59,394 nt of DNA, filler included, from 10 parts of 10 records of this genome joined end to end with filler, not necessarily neighbours in it; one strand, 5' to 3'. Shown: positions 20,163-32,234, numbered from the whole stretch's first letter. The notes: generated by a model from the sequence alone, not told the origin. Numbers and translations: made by a program.

Positions 20163-20386
20163 AGCCTCACTCTCTCTAATATTACTAAGATTCGTATTAT
20201 TTTTTTATTTTCTCTTCAGAAACAGAACAAAATTACTATTGACATTGAAGGGGAGCCTGAGTATAAGAACGTTTACGGAGAAGAGGTCAGTGGATATTAT
20301 AGAGGAACTCCTAAAAATGATCCGGAGGGAAGTATTTCAATAATAATATTATCAACTAAATAGACTTAACTAATAATATTTAATAT

Positions 20387-20428
20387 AAAAAAGCTTGAAA
20401 CATCTATGAAGATGTCCAAGCTTTTTTT
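20387..20428. terminator. bidirectional terminator
   Basis: AAAAAAGCTTG...CAAGCTTTTTT. Confidence 0.7.
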
Positions 20429-20599
20429 AGTCAGCAAAGAGATTTGTATAATCTCCTAAAATTGTTAAATTTTCCATTAAAAACTATGCCTTATACAAAN
20501 NNNNNNNNNNNNNNNNNNNNNNNNNNNNNNNNNNNNNNNNNNNTTAATTAATTAANNNNNNNNNNNNNNNNNNNNNNNNNNNNNNNNNNNNNNNNNNNN

Positions 20600-22125
20600 C
20601 CCGTACTGGAAAAATCATCCATATCCTCGTCATCCTCTTCCTCGGAGGTGGAGAACATACCGCTGAGCAGATCCTGGAATTGCATGCCCGAGTCGATGAT
20701 ATGTTTACTGAGAACGGAAAACTCTGCCAGGCCATGCAGGGCGAATTCCATGAGAAAGAGCTTCATTTCATCATCAGCACCCGGCTGATACCTTTCAATC
20801 AATTTCCTTAATGGTTGTATATTGTTCAGTGTGTTCTCGTATTCTTTTTGAGGTGTATCATCAAAAATATCCAGTGTATTTCCTTTACGAAACCAGTCTG
20901 ATATTTTTTGATAAGGACTCTCATCCGGTTTGCGTTTAAATTGCTCGGGATCCGGAAAATAATTGGTAAACTGACTCTTGATTGCTTTACCAATCAGGTA
21001 CTGCGCTACCCGAAAGGGTCCCTCCTGCTCTCCCTCATAGACGAGTTCTATTTTACCTGTAATAGCGGGAACAACGCCACTAAAATCAGATATTCGCGCC
21101 ATGGTTTGATCTTCCTGATTCAGTAAAAGCCGTCTTTCAGCTGCGCTCTTTAAATTTTCATAAGCGGAAATGGGGAGTCTGGCTGATACACCACTTTTGG
21201 CATCAATGTATTCACTGCTTCTGGCTTCAAAAGCTATCTGTTCTATCAGATTCTGAGCTAATTCCGGAATGTCGATGACCCGATCATGACTTTTTTCGCC
21301 GCTTACCTCCTGCTGAGTGATCTGTTTGGAAATCTCCAGATCTTTGGGATAATGGGTTAAAATTTGACTTCCCAACCGGTCTTTAAGTGGCGTTACAATC
21401 GATCCTCTGTTCGTATAATCCTCAGGATTGGCTGTGAAAACGAACTGAATATCCAGCGGCAGTCTTAATTTAAAGCCGCGAATCTGCACGTCACTTTCCT
21501 GCAATATATTAAACAAGGCCACCTGTATGCGGGCCTGCAAATCAGGTAGTTCGTTAATGACAAAAATACACCGATGAGATCGCGGAATCAGTCCAAAATG
21601 AATAACCCGCTCATCCGCATAGGGTAATTTCAGGGTTGCGGCTTTTATTGGATCTACGTCACCAAGCAAATCGGCTATAGTGACATCCGGAGTAGCCAGT
21701 TTTTCCGTATATCTTTCCGAGCGATGCAACCATTCTATGGGTGTATCATTTCCATATTCTGCCACCTGATCTTTGCCAAAGCGCGACAAAGGAGAATATG
21801 GATCATCGTTAATTTCACTCCCTTTAATAATGGGTATATATTCATCCAGCAACTCGACCATCTGGCGGGCTATACGTGTCTTGGCTTGTCCCCGCAGACC
21901 CAGAAGGATCATGTTATGCCGGGATAACAAGGCTCTTTGAATATCAGGAATGACAGATTTTTCATAGCCAAGAATACCTTTAAAAAGGACATCCTTATTT
22001 TGCATTTTGCAAATGAGGTTCTCGCGCAATTCACTTTTAATATGCCGCGACTTGTAACCGGATTCACGCAGTTGACCCAATGTATTTACATTCAATAATT
22101 CTTCACGAAACATAGTGATCTCCAC
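20600..22125 (-). CDS. Mg-chelatase-like/MoxR-clade AAA+ ATPase (extreme C-terminus cut)
   Basis: Walker A variant GLRGQAKT; INELPDL; FTANPEDYTNRG. Confidence 0.85.
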
Positions 22126-22130
22126 AATTA

Positions 22131-23246
22131 TTACTTTACGCGCTTTCTACGATTTCGTATGTAATCTTCAAATACATACTCGCCCAATCCTTTGAGGCTG
22201 CTATAAAAAGCTCGGCCATTATTCGTTTTTGTAAATTCTCTTACAAATCTTTGTAAATAGGCATCCCGTGCCACCATAAAGGTTGTGACAGGTATACTTA
22301 ATCTTCTTAATTTAGCTGCCTGGTTTAATGTTTTGTTTACAATTTTTCGATCCAGTCCAAAACTGTTCTTATAATATTTTAATCCTTCTTTAAGGCATGT
22401 GGGTTTACCATCTGTGATCATGAAAACCTGTTTATTACTGGTCTTGCGTCTTCGTAAAATATCTGTTGCCAGATCCAGTCCGGCTACCGTGTTGGTATGA
22501 TAAGGTCCGACCTGCAGATAGGGCAAATCTTTTAACTGCACCTGCCAGGCATCATTACCAAAGACTAGAATATCCAGAGTATCTTTTGGATACCTTGTTG
22601 TGATCAGTTCTGCCAATGCCATAGCCACTTTTTTGGCGGGTGTAATGCGGTCCTCTCCATACAGGATCATGGAATGAGAAATATCGATCATTAAAACGGT
22701 TGATGTTTGCGTCTTATATTCATTTTCAACCACTTCAAGGTCATCTTCTGTTAGAGTAAAATCCGAGATACCATGATTTATTTGAGCGTTTTTTAGAGAA
22801 TCAGTCATGGCGATCTGTTCCAATGAATCGCCAAAATAAAATTGACGCCGGTCTGTAGTTTGTTCATCGCCAAGTCCGGAAAAGGATGTCTTGTGATTCC
22901 CTCTTTTGGATTTTTTCAACTGCCCAAAAATTTCATCCAGAGATTTTTGCCTGATAATTCTTTCGGTTTTGGCTGTTGGCACATAAAAGACCTGATTATT
23001 TTCGTTCTCTTTTATATAGCCTTTTTCTTTCAATTCATCAATAAAATCACCCATACCATATTCATCACCGGTCAAGCCATATTGTTGGTCCAGTTGAGTT
23101 AGCCAATTGAGAGCTTCAGATACATCACCCGAGGTATGAACAAGTAATTGTAAAAATAAATTCAACAGATTCTCAAAAAGATTCTTTTTATCCAGGTTTG
23201 GAATAAATTCTGTAAAACGAAATCCAAGCATACAGTATAACCACAA
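22131..23246 (-). CDS. vWA domain protein
   Basis: MIDAS DISHS; TNTVAGL; MITDGKP. Confidence 0.88.
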   Translation of the reverse strand: MWLYCMLGFRFTEFIPNLDKKNLFENLLNLFLQLLVHTSGDVSEALNWLTQLDQQYGLTGDEYGMGDFIDELKEKGYIKENENNQVFYVPTAKTERIIRQKSLDEIFGQLKKSKRGNHKTSFSGLGDEQTTDRRQFYFGDSLEQIAMTDSLKNAQINHGISDFTLTEDDLEVVENEYKTQTSTVLMIDISHSMILYGEDRITPAKKVAMALAELITTRYPKDTLDILVFGNDAWQVQLKDLPYLQVGPYHTNTVAGLDLATDILRRRKTSNKQVFMITDGKPTCLKEGLKYYKNSFGLDRKIVNKTLNQAAKLRRLSIPVTTFMVARDAYLQRFVREFTKTNNGRAFYSSLKGLGEYVFEDYIRNRRKRVK

Positions 23247-23476
23247 TCAATTAATCATTAATTTGTTTAATGCTTTTAAACCAATTTTAGTCAACTTTTA
23301 TTCATTTTAGAGGGGAAAAAGGATTGGTAAGGAGCGAAATAAAACGAAATACCCTGCATATATAGATAATTAAGCAAATTGGTAAGGCGTTATTATTTAA
23401 TGTGTTATTTTTAGGATAAATATTCTCAATCAGGTGAGGGGTTCAGATGTGTAGAAAGGCAAAATTTAAGAAAAAG

Positions 23477-23761
23477 TTAATCTTTTTCTATTTTTTCAAA
23501 CTTTTCACATGAAGTCGCGGCTTGATAACCGCATTCTCTCCAATTTTTACATTCTTTACAACGAGAGCTATTCCATGCTGAGCGAAACCATCGTGCGTGT
23601 TTTTCAATCCATTCCAGGACGTATGATGATCCAGGATCCCGTTGTAACCGACAACCCTCGCACCATTTATCTATATCGATTTTCCTACGTTGAGCTTTCA
23701 TAAACCTCTGCATATTCAGTACCTGTCCGTTTAAGAGTTCAATCCGCTTCCGTTCCACCAC
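23477..23761 (-). CDS. small hypothetical protein, DUF4032-like with a C-terminal Cys cluster
   Basis: IDIDKWCEG...DPG...LEWIEKHARWFR plus CKEC...C...C. Confidence 0.6.
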   Translation of the reverse strand: MVERKRIELLNGQVLNMQRFMKAQRRKIDIDKWCEGCRLQRDPGSSYVLEWIEKHARWFRSAWNSSRCKECKNWRECGYQAATSCEKFEKIEKD

Positions 23762-24066
23762 ATCCCAAAATAGAAAATTGATTTTTTAGAGAAAACAACT
23801 GCCTTTTTGTGTTTTGTTTTATTTCATGACGAAAATCACTATTTAAAAGGCGCTCCGAATATAAATAAAAAATTGTAAGAAATCAATCAAAGAATAAATA
23901 AAAATATATTTAATTAATAACCTGCGCCATAAATGCAAACGTATTTTCTTCAAATACTTGTCTCACATTTCATTTGGGACCAAATTTTGTCAACATGAGT
24001 CCGTTTCAGTTCTGGAAGGGATGTGACAATCCTGCTTTTATGGTTATTCCTCTCTTCAACGACATC

Positions 24067-25762
24067 TTACATTCGTCCACGCCTGTGAATGGACAGCAAA
24101 AGCCAGAATCCCATAAATCCGGCAACGATAAAACCAGCCAAACCAATGATAGGCACTTCATTCCATTTCGGTGGTAATCCGGAATGGACAATAAGCGAAG
24201 AACCGATGATAAGCGCAGCCAATACAATAGAATACGCAATCCGATTACTGATGCGATCAAAAGTAATTAATAATGGATTCAGACCTTGATGCATAAACTG
24301 AATTTTTATTTTTCCGGCTCGGGCTTGTTTAAGTATCTCGCGTATTTCGCCCGGGATATCTCTTAAAAGTTGAACAAAATCAGATCCGGATTCATACAAA
24401 TCGCCGGCTATTCTCACAGGATTATAGCGATTCATATAAATCTGCTTAATAAAAGGTTCCAGATATTTAACAATCTCAAAATCCGGATAGAGAAGCCGTC
24501 CCAAACCCTCAGCAGTGGAGAGCGTTTTGGCCATAAGAAATAGATCGGGTTTTAAACTTAAATTGTGTCGCGTTAGTTTCGTTAACAGCTGTTGCACAAG
24601 TTTGCCAATATCAATTTCCTTCAACGGACGATACATATGCTGATCCAGGAATTCTGCCAGGTCGCGCTCAAGTTCACTTTTATCCGGCTCTTCAATATAA
24701 TAAGTAAGCTTTAAAACGGTGCTTACCGCTTTTTTCATCTCTGCGTACAATCTGCATGACCAGGTCGGTGAAATCTTCCCGATCCTGGCGAGTGATGCGC
24801 CCCATAATGCCAAAATCGAGATAACAGAAGACATGATTTGGTAAAATAAAAACATTACCAGGATGTGGATCTGCGTGAAAGAAGCCGTATGAAAATATTT
24901 GTTTCATGATTAATTCAGCCCCGCGACGCGCTATTTTGGGTAGATCATAACCTTCCTCTCTTAAGCGGTCTATCTCAGATGCTTTAATACCTTCTATATA
25001 CTCCATGGTCAGAACACGTTCGCTGCTAAATTCATGCAGGACCCGGGGAATATAAATACGCTCATCATTTATAAACTGTCTGGCAAATCGCTCTACATGT
25101 GCAGCTTCTATTGTGTAATTGAGCTCCTTTTCAAGACTGCGAGAAAATTCTTCGACAATCTTTATCGGGCGGTGTACTTTCATTTCTTCCAAATGTTTTT
25201 CTGATAATGTCGCCAGATGCAATATAATCTCGAGATCCACTTCAATGATCTTTTGTATGCCAGGCCGTTGGACTTTAACAACAACAGACTCATTGTTTGC
25301 CAGTCGGGCCTTATGGACCTGGCCTATCGACGCTGCCGCTATTGGCACTTGCTCGAAATCCTGGAACATATCTTCAGGATTCTGACCGAATTCCAATTTT
25401 ATAATGTCGCGTACATCCTCATAGGGAAATGTAGGCACACTGTCCTGCAGCTTGGCGAGTTCCTGAACGTATTCGATCGGTATCAGATCGGGACGGGTAG
25501 ATAAGAGCTGTCCCAGTTTGATAAACGTTGGACCCAATTCCTCTACAGCCATCCGAATCCGTTCGGCACGCGTTAATTTTTCCAGCTGTGCCCGCCGCTT
25601 TCGGGAAATCATTTGTAAACCAATCTCCAGATACTGTTCTATTTTCAATTTATCAATAAATTCCCCGTAACCATACCTGAACAAAATGCGAAGTATTTGG
25701 CGATACCTGTTCAAATGCCGATAAGTACGTCCGAAAACACCAATTTTTCTGATGCTGAGCAT
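24067..25762 (-). CDS. ubiB: UbiB/AarF/ABC1 kinase family protein (frameshift near 24730)
   Basis: ELGPTFIKLGQ, AAASIGQVH, FFHADPHPGN, LDFG; two ORFs join across an A6 run. Confidence 0.88.
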
Positions 25763-26074
25763 CTAGGCGGGTGGCTCCTTTTCTTTGATCATCTTTTCCA
25801 GTTTTTTAAGTTTTTTTTCCAGATTCATCAACTCTTCTTTTGTGACAAGATTCATTTTTTTCAAAACATCGGCTATCGTTTTTTCAAGTTGATCTTTTAT
25901 CTCCTCCCCTGCTGTCTCTGATTTTTTTAAAAGCTCGGTTATGAATTCCTTTCCTTCTTTTTCAGAAAGTTTGCCTTTTTCAACCAAATCATTGACGTGT
26001 TCTTCGATCTTTTCCTTTGTTAATGCAACGAGCCCCAATCCGGTAAACATTGTTTTTTTTAACATATCTAACAT
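25763..26074 (-). CDS. phasin-like / PHA granule-associated protein
   Basis: GLGLVALTKEK...LVEKGKLSEKEGK; AAGGAG RBS; upstream of a UbiB kinase. Confidence 0.75.
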   Translation of the reverse strand: MLDMLKKTMFTGLGLVALTKEKIEEHVNDLVEKGKLSEKEGKEFITELLKKSETAGEEIKDQLEKTIADVLKKMNLVTKEELMNLEKKLKKLEKMIKEKEPPA

Positions 26075-26401
26075 GACACAACTCCTTTGTAATAAGCGGA
26101 TGGCGCACAAACGGTTGAGATTTAAAAAAAATTAACCAGGCGCCGATAGCGCCATTATTCTCCTTTCTACTTTTGTGGATTGAATTGTTGGTGCCTATAA
26201 ATAAAAAAAGGCACATTATAGAATTAAATAAAATCCAGGTGCCTTTCCGGTCTGACAAGAATAATTTTTTGCGAACCGTATCGTTCTGTTTTTACAAAAT
26301 TACGAATTTTTTATATTCATTTGCAAGCATTATTATGTAAACGAAAATGATACATAGAATGATCGTTTATGAATTAACCTTACTCTGAACGAACTATTTT
26401 A

Positions 26402-27043
26402 TTATCCCGCTGTCTCTTCCAATATCTCTGAACACCGATCACAATTTTTACAGGACACTTGATCAAAAAAGCCAAAATATTCTGATATAAATACCCGCCG
26501 GCAGGAATTGGTGCGAAAGTACTGAACAACAGAATGCAGTTTTTTTTGATCGTTTAGCAATTTCTGTTTGAACACGTCCTCATCATGCAGGACATCAGGA
26601 AGTTCATCAACAAGCTTTAAAGTACCACCTTCTATGGATCCTTCTGTAACGCCATAGCGGTCCATCATGTTAAATGCTGTCTCTAATCGAAAATCATTTC
26701 TGTTTTTAAAGTTTAATTGTTCTCTTAGATAATCTGCACCAAGAGAGTTTATTTTACTCTCATTATTATACAAAAGACTATAAAGACGGGTGTAAAAATG
26801 TGGTTGAGGATTCGACCACTGAATAAAATCCATTTGTATGGCCAAATCATTCTGATCAAACAGCATAAGACAAAGCGCATCTTTGCCATCCCGTCCGGCA
26901 CGACCAATCTCCTGATAATAGGATTCCATAGAGCCTGGAATCTGGGCGTGAATGACAAAACGAATATCTGCTTTGTCTATACCCATGCCAAACGCATTCG
27001 TTGCCAGAACCAGACGCGAATCACCTTCAATAAACCACCGCTG
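26402..27043 (-). CDS. recQ: RecQ helicase, C-terminal fragment
   Basis: ATNAFGMGIDK, YYQEIGRAGRDG, CRR...CKNCDRC zinc motif. Confidence 0.92.
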   Translation of the reverse strand, partial: QRWFIEGDSRLVLATNAFGMGIDKADIRFVIHAQIPGSMESYYQEIGRAGRDGKDALCLMLFDQNDLAIQMDFIQWSNPQPHFYTRLYSLLYNNESKINSLGADYLREQLNFKNRNDFRLETAFNMMDRYGVTEGSIEGGTLKLVDELPDVLHDEDVFKQKLLNDQKKLHSVVQYFRTNSCRRVFISEYFGFFDQVSCKNCDRCSEILEETAG

Positions 27044-27143
27044 NNNNNNNNNNNNNNNNNNNNNNNNNNNNNNNNNNNNNNNNNNNNTTAATTAATTAAN
27101 NNNNNNNNNNNNNNNNNNNNNNNNNNNNNNNNNNNNNNNNNNN

Positions 27144-27621
27144 TTTTCTGAATAACACGAATAGAAGCAATATTATCAACGTTGAAGGTGACGAGAACAC
27201 GATGTATTCCATACTTGTTGGCTTCCTGAAGCAGCAGCTTGAGCATCATCGTCCCGTAGCCTTTGTTACGTTCCAATGGTCGCACCCTGTAGCCGATATG
27301 GCCACCAAAATCTCTTAATGCATCCGTTAGCCGATGACGTATATTACCGACACCCAAAATCTTCTTGTCTTTAACAAGCCAATACGTTGTAGCAGCAACC
27401 AAACCTTCTGCTAAACCGATCCCTTTCGAATTGTTGTAAAGTCTTTTAACAAATCCGTAAAAATCACCCTGAATGTGATCGCATTCCTCACCACCCCAGG
27501 ATTCACCGGCTGTGTCAAATTCGTTAATAAAATCTATGTATGCATCGCACCATAAATCACTGGGCTCGACAAGTTTTAATTCTTCACTGAACATACTCGT
27601 ACATCTTGTTATCATTTGCAA
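27144..27621 (-). CDS. GNAT acetyltransferase (C-terminus cut)
   Basis: NIRHRL, GGHIGYRVRP, RNKGYG, NIASIRVI. Confidence 0.88.
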
Positions 27622-27736
27622 TTAAGTGATGACGGTAAAACAATCATAAGCCTATGAAATAATGTAAATTACGCTAGACAATTTCCTTGTGTCTGATTGA
27701 TAATAAAGCTATTTGGCTATTTTGCACCTATAATTA

Positions 27737-28922
27737 TCACAAATAACTCAACCACCATTTTGACCGATTATTCGTTTTATATTCATTATACCATTTGCAC
27801 AATGGGAACAATAAGATCAGGACACATATCCAAACAAAATAAACGATATAAAGATGAAAACCAAAATCAACCGTGGATTGTATAAAAAAGGATGTTGCTG
27901 TAAGAATATAGTCGCTACAACTACGACCAACAAAAATCATTGCCAACATCGCCAGTAAATGAAAAACATATATATGAAGAATATAAAAAAAGAAAGGCAC
28001 GCGACCGAACAGGATAATCGAACTTGTGATTTTATTTTTTACATTTTCAGTCCTATATAAGAATAAAAACGAAGGTCCAATGGTCATTAAAAGAAAGAGT
28101 AACGAAGGCGGATATTTGGTTGTATTTATGAAGGACATGATCGAAAAAACAATCGATCTTTGTGGATTCCAATGACTGGAATCACCATAAAAATTAAAAA
28201 CACGAAGCAGAAAAAAATAAAATGGCACCTACTCCCATCCACAGCAACCATGTTCGTCTTCTTCCCTGTTCAAATTCTTTGTGGTAAAGTGTACCGAAAA
28301 TATAACCCAGGGCTATCAGACCTATCCAGGGTAGCACAGGATAGTGAATATCAATACCGGAATTAGGGCCAAGAACAACCACCTGCGGCTGATGTAACAG
28401 ATACCAGATATAATCCGTGATTGTTGTTCCTTCCACTTTAATAAAATCCAGTAAATTATGTCCGACAACCAAAACCATCCCAATGGCGAAAACAAACCAT
28501 TTCGGTAAAAAAACCATAGCCGATAAACATACCATGCTTATTCCAATTGTCCAGATCACCGCTAAAATATGAAAGCTTAACATGATATCAAATGTCCAGC
28601 CAAAATTGACAATAATCAATTCGACAAATATTAACCACACACCTCTTGTAAACAAAAACCATGAAACGTTTTTGATATTCTTTTTGCGGCTACCATATAA
28701 AAAAGCAGAAGTACCAGCAAGGAATACAAAAACAGGAGCGCAAAAATGCGTTATCCATCGTGTAAAAAACAAAAAAGGGGTTGTCGTGTTTAAATTTAAA
28801 GGTTGTGAAAAAAAGGAACCATAGCCGAAAAAAACCCTGGCGTGGTCAAGCGCCATGAGAATCATGACAACACCACGAAGCAGGTCGATCGACTCAATTC
28901 TATATTTTTTGATATGCTCCAT
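27737..28922 (-). CDS. DUF1624/HGSNAT-like membrane acyltransferase (frameshift near 28215)
   Basis: RIESIDLLRG, ALDH, RWITHFCAP, KYPPSLLF; two ORFs join at a T run. Confidence 0.85.
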
Positions 28923-29072
28923 ATAGAATTTCCTCCTGATTTTGAACTTCATAACAAGGTTGTTTGCTAACTGCAAACAAATCAGAGGAAATTGAATTGA
29001 CAATCCGAGAATTTATCTCAGCTAGATAGTAGAAAGTCATCGCTTGTAGGATAGTATTTAGCATTTTGTGCT

Positions 29073-29720
29073 TTATTGAGCTTGCCTCGTTATTGTTTCT
29101 ATGTTTTTATATATATAAATGTTATCCTTTTCAAGAAATGTTTCTATTCCAATCAACTCGAAATCCGTTTTTTTCATAGTTCTCAAGACTTTATCTTTTG
29201 TCATAAAATGATCCCATCCCTCCCCAGCTTTATCAGGATCCAGGTCGATGATGACCAACAATGCTCCATGTTTCAAACTCGGAAAAACATTTTCCATCCA
29301 CTCAAAAGGTTTTGCAAAATCATGAAAGGCTCTCATCATGATGACCATATCTAACTCTTTTTCAGGGAAAAGTGGATTAGCTACCTCCCCTAATATCGTG
29401 GTGATATTGTGAATGCTGTCCTTCTCACATCTTGCTTCAATAGATTTCAGGACATTTTCATTGATATCATTGGCATATACTCGCCCGTTTTTGCCAACTC
29501 TTTTTGATAGATAAAAAGTAAAATAACCTTTACCAGCACCAGCCTCACCAATAATCATTCCGTCTTGTATACCGACAGCATCCATTATTTTCTCCGGCTG
29601 TTGCCAGGAATCACGAGTATTGTTTTCTGCAGTGACAACACAATCAAAACTATTCGTTGCTACAAGAAAAGCAACAAGAATGATTGCCCATAATCTGTCT
29701 GGCAATGTTTGCATACTCAA
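29073..29720 (-). CDS. class I SAM methyltransferase with signal peptide
   Basis: RDSWQQPEKIMD, EAGAGKGYF, VYANDIN. Confidence 0.85.
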   Translation of the reverse strand: MSMQTLPDRLWAIILVAFLVATNSFDCVVTAENNTRDSWQQPEKIMDAVGIQDGMIIGEAGAGKGYFTFYLSKRVGKNGRVYANDINENVLKSIEARCEKDSIHNITTILGEVANPLFPEKELDMVIMMRAFHDFAKPFEWMENVFPSLKHGALLVIIDLDPDKAGEGWDHFMTKDKVLRTMKKTDFELIGIETFLEKDNIYIYKNIETITRQAQ

Positions 29721-29893
29721 TCTATCTTTTCCTCTTTTTTCACTTTGTTTTGCTCATTTAATGTATCTGAAAACGCACCTATTTATCACCTGCATCACAT
29801 TCATTTATAATTACCTCTACAGAGAAACATGTTCATCAATCTGGATGAATACTATTGTTTAAAAACGTCAATAGTGCCTTGTGAAAATTTAAT

Positions 29894-29943
29894 AAACAAA
29901 AAAGGCGTAAAAAGATTCCAAATATAAAACCTCTTTACGCCTT
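29894..29943 (-). terminator. terminator, copy 1 of a duplicated element
   Basis: AAGGCGTAAA...TTTACGCCTT stem with a T tract on the minus strand. Confidence 0.7.
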
Positions 29944-30062
29944 ATGACAGTTTGGCCACAAGAGCACCTCTGCTCACATGTCTTGAAATACTTTAATTAA
30001 ATTAGATAAAAAAATAAAAAGGATATTTTTGTTCTCCAATTCCGCGACGACCTTGTTTTCCT

Positions 30063-30530
30063 TCACACTAACACCTGCTCACGGGGACCGCCAATCACGG
30101 TTTTTTGAATTCTCACCCAGGTCTCATCCAGCTCCATATCTTCTCTTTTCATATAAATGCGCCATTCATTATCATTATTATTTAATTCAGAATGAAAAAC
30201 ATTCGTCCGTCCGACCTCTGCGACAACATTACATCCTTCCAGGATTTCTGTATAAACACTATCATCAATGGTATAGCTGCCCACAGCCGCGAAAAACTGG
30301 GAATCCGGTTTACTCAGGTACATCTCGACAACGGAAAAATGTTCCTGACTCAATATTTTGTAACAAAGCCGGTTGTCAACATTACAGGTCACCGTACCAG
30401 AAGGAGTTATATAAGTTCCGGAGATCATTCTCCAGGTCCCTATCAAATTCGTTTCAACTTGTTTTTCACCACAATTGTTAAAAAGAAATAAACACATGAA
30501 AACTGTTATAAAGATATAAAGTTTTCTCAT
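30063..30530 (-). CDS. hypothetical lipoprotein, lipocalin-like beta barrel
   Basis: Signal peptide ending in Cys; LIGTWRMIS; ETWVRI; AGGAGG RBS. Confidence 0.72.
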   Translation of the reverse strand: MRKLYIFITVFMCLFLFNNCGEKQVETNLIGTWRMISGTYITPSGTVTCNVDNRLCYKILSQEHFSVVEMYLSKPDSQFFAAVGSYTIDDSVYTEILEGCNVVAEVGRTNVFHSELNNNDNEWRIYMKREDMELDETWVRIQKTVIGGPREQVLV

Positions 30531-30693
30531 TGCATCCTCCTGTCATAAAGATAAATTAATCTGGTAAATGGACCGACCGTCTGATTAGAGATGTGGCCAG
30601 GAGAGGACGCCGGGCCATGTATGTAAATCCAATTTACCCGTCTAAACAGTTCATCTTTAATAGGAAAATAAGAGATTACGGTTCTATATTATA

Positions 30694-30747
30694 AAACAAA
30701 AAAGGCGTGCAAAGATTCACTTTTTCGAAATCTTTTTACGCCTTTTT
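30694..30747 (-). terminator. terminator, copy 2 of a duplicated element
   Basis: AAAAAAGGCGT...ACGCCTTTTT. Confidence 0.7.
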
Positions 30748-30812
30748 AATTATCTTTTAAACCGTTGCAGCTCTGGCTCGAGATATTCAGTACCGCAGAT
30801 TCATACTTTTTA

Positions 30813-32234
30813 TTACACCGAAGGTTTGATATTTTGATTGACCCTGAACACGTTAAGTGGATCATATTTGTTTTTAATTTTAACAAGTCTTTCATAATTA
30901 GTTTTATAAGATGCCTTTACACGTTCCTGTCCCTCTTCCATCATAAAATTTATATAAGCGCCACCCGCTGTAAATGGATGTACGGCATCATAATAATCTT
31001 TCGTCCACGTTGTTATGCGTTCCTTGTTTGCAGGATCCGGATCCACTCCAACAATAACCTGTGACCATCTTGTATCCCGATAATTCCAGGCCATATCGCT
31101 CTTGTCAACCTTGTGTGTGGCACCATCAATGGGATAAAGATGCATGGTTGAGTGCGGCGTAGGCAGCTCGAGACCATACTTAACGTGTTGATCTATGGCT
31201 CGATCACTTAACTCGTTTACAAAGTCGGCCCGCCAGTACCATTGTAATCCTGATGGATAAAAAACATCAAACATACTCTGTAATGTCGGATATGGCATAG
31301 GGCCTACATGTTCAAAGGCAGGTGGTCCAAATTCACGAATGGGTTTAAATACCTCCTCTGCCTCTTCAAGTGGACCCGTATAGTTCCACACAACGCCACA
31401 CATCTTTTTGCCATGAAGAGGTTCCGGGAATGGTGGTCCGGGTACGGTTAGCAGAGCAAAAAAACCATAGAGATCGTTGGATGTCCGTGTAATAAAATCC
31501 CTGTACCATTTCATCACTTTTTCTGTCTGGTCAATGTCATACAATGTAGGTCCGGCATAAACGGTTTTAATGGGATGTGCCTTGAAAAGGAACGATGTAA
31601 CGACACCAAAATTACCGCCACCGCCGCGTATGGCCCAGAACAGATCCTGATTTTCTTCAGCACTGGCCGTCACGACCGTGCCATCCGCAAGAACCATATC
31701 AGCTGACAGTAAATTATCAATCGTTAAACCATACTTGCGTGACAGATAACCCAATCCACCACCCAAAGTCAGTCCACCAACACCTGTCGTGGATATAATA
31801 CCTGCCGGTACAGCCAGACCAAAAGGATGCGTTGCATGGTCCACCTCACCCCAGGTATTACCTCCTCCAACCCGAACGGTTTGGTTAACCGTATCCACAT
31901 GTGTGTATTTCAAAAGAGAAAGATCGATAACAAGACCATCATCACACACACCCAATCCGCCTGCATTGTGGCCTCCGCCGCGAATGGACATTAGAAGATT
32001 ATTCTCACGTCCAAAATTGACAGCCTCGATGACATCGGTCACATCACTACAACGAACAATAATGCCGGGGCGTTTATCTATCATACCATTATATACTTTA
32101 CGTGCACTTTCATACTCAGCATCCCCGGGAAGCACAACCTGGCCTCTTAGTTTTGCCTGGAAATCTTTTATCAAGACACGGTCAATTGCTTTTCCGTTTT
32201 TGTCTGTTTTAATGGATGTATTTATCATATTCAT
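30813..32234 (-). CDS. FAD-linked oxidoreductase (FAD_binding_4 + BBE domain)
   Basis: RGGGH, GVGGLTLGGG, DLFWAIRGGGGNFGVVT, YDPLNVFRVNQNI. Confidence 0.92.
   Translation of the reverse strand: MNMINTSIKTDKNGKAIDRVLIKDFQAKLRGQVVLPGDAEYESARKVYNGMIDKRPGIIVRCSDVTDVIEAVNFGRENNLLMSIRGGGHNAGGLGVCDDGLVIDLSLLKYTHVDTVNQTVRVGGGNTWGEVDHATHPFGLAVPAGIISTTGVGGLTLGGGLGYLSRKYGLTIDNLLSADMVLADGTVVTASAEENQDLFWAIRGGGGNFGVVTSFLFKAHPIKTVYAGPTLYDIDQTEKVMKWYRDFITRTSNDLYGFFALLTVPGPPFPEPLHGKKMCGVVWNYTGPLEEAEEVFKPIREFGPPAFEHVGPMPYPTLQSMFDVFYPSGLQWYWRADFVNELSDRAIDQHVKYGLELPTPHSTMHLYPIDGATHKVDKSDMAWNYRDTRWSQVIVGVDPDPANKERITTWTKDYYDAVHPFTAGGAYINFMMEEGQERVKASYKTNYERLVKIKNKYDPLNVFRVNQNIKPSV

Noticed and set aside
29962-29975. 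Lysine riboswitch (AGAGGTGC start)
   Set aside because: Too short; the remaining aptamer elements are absent.
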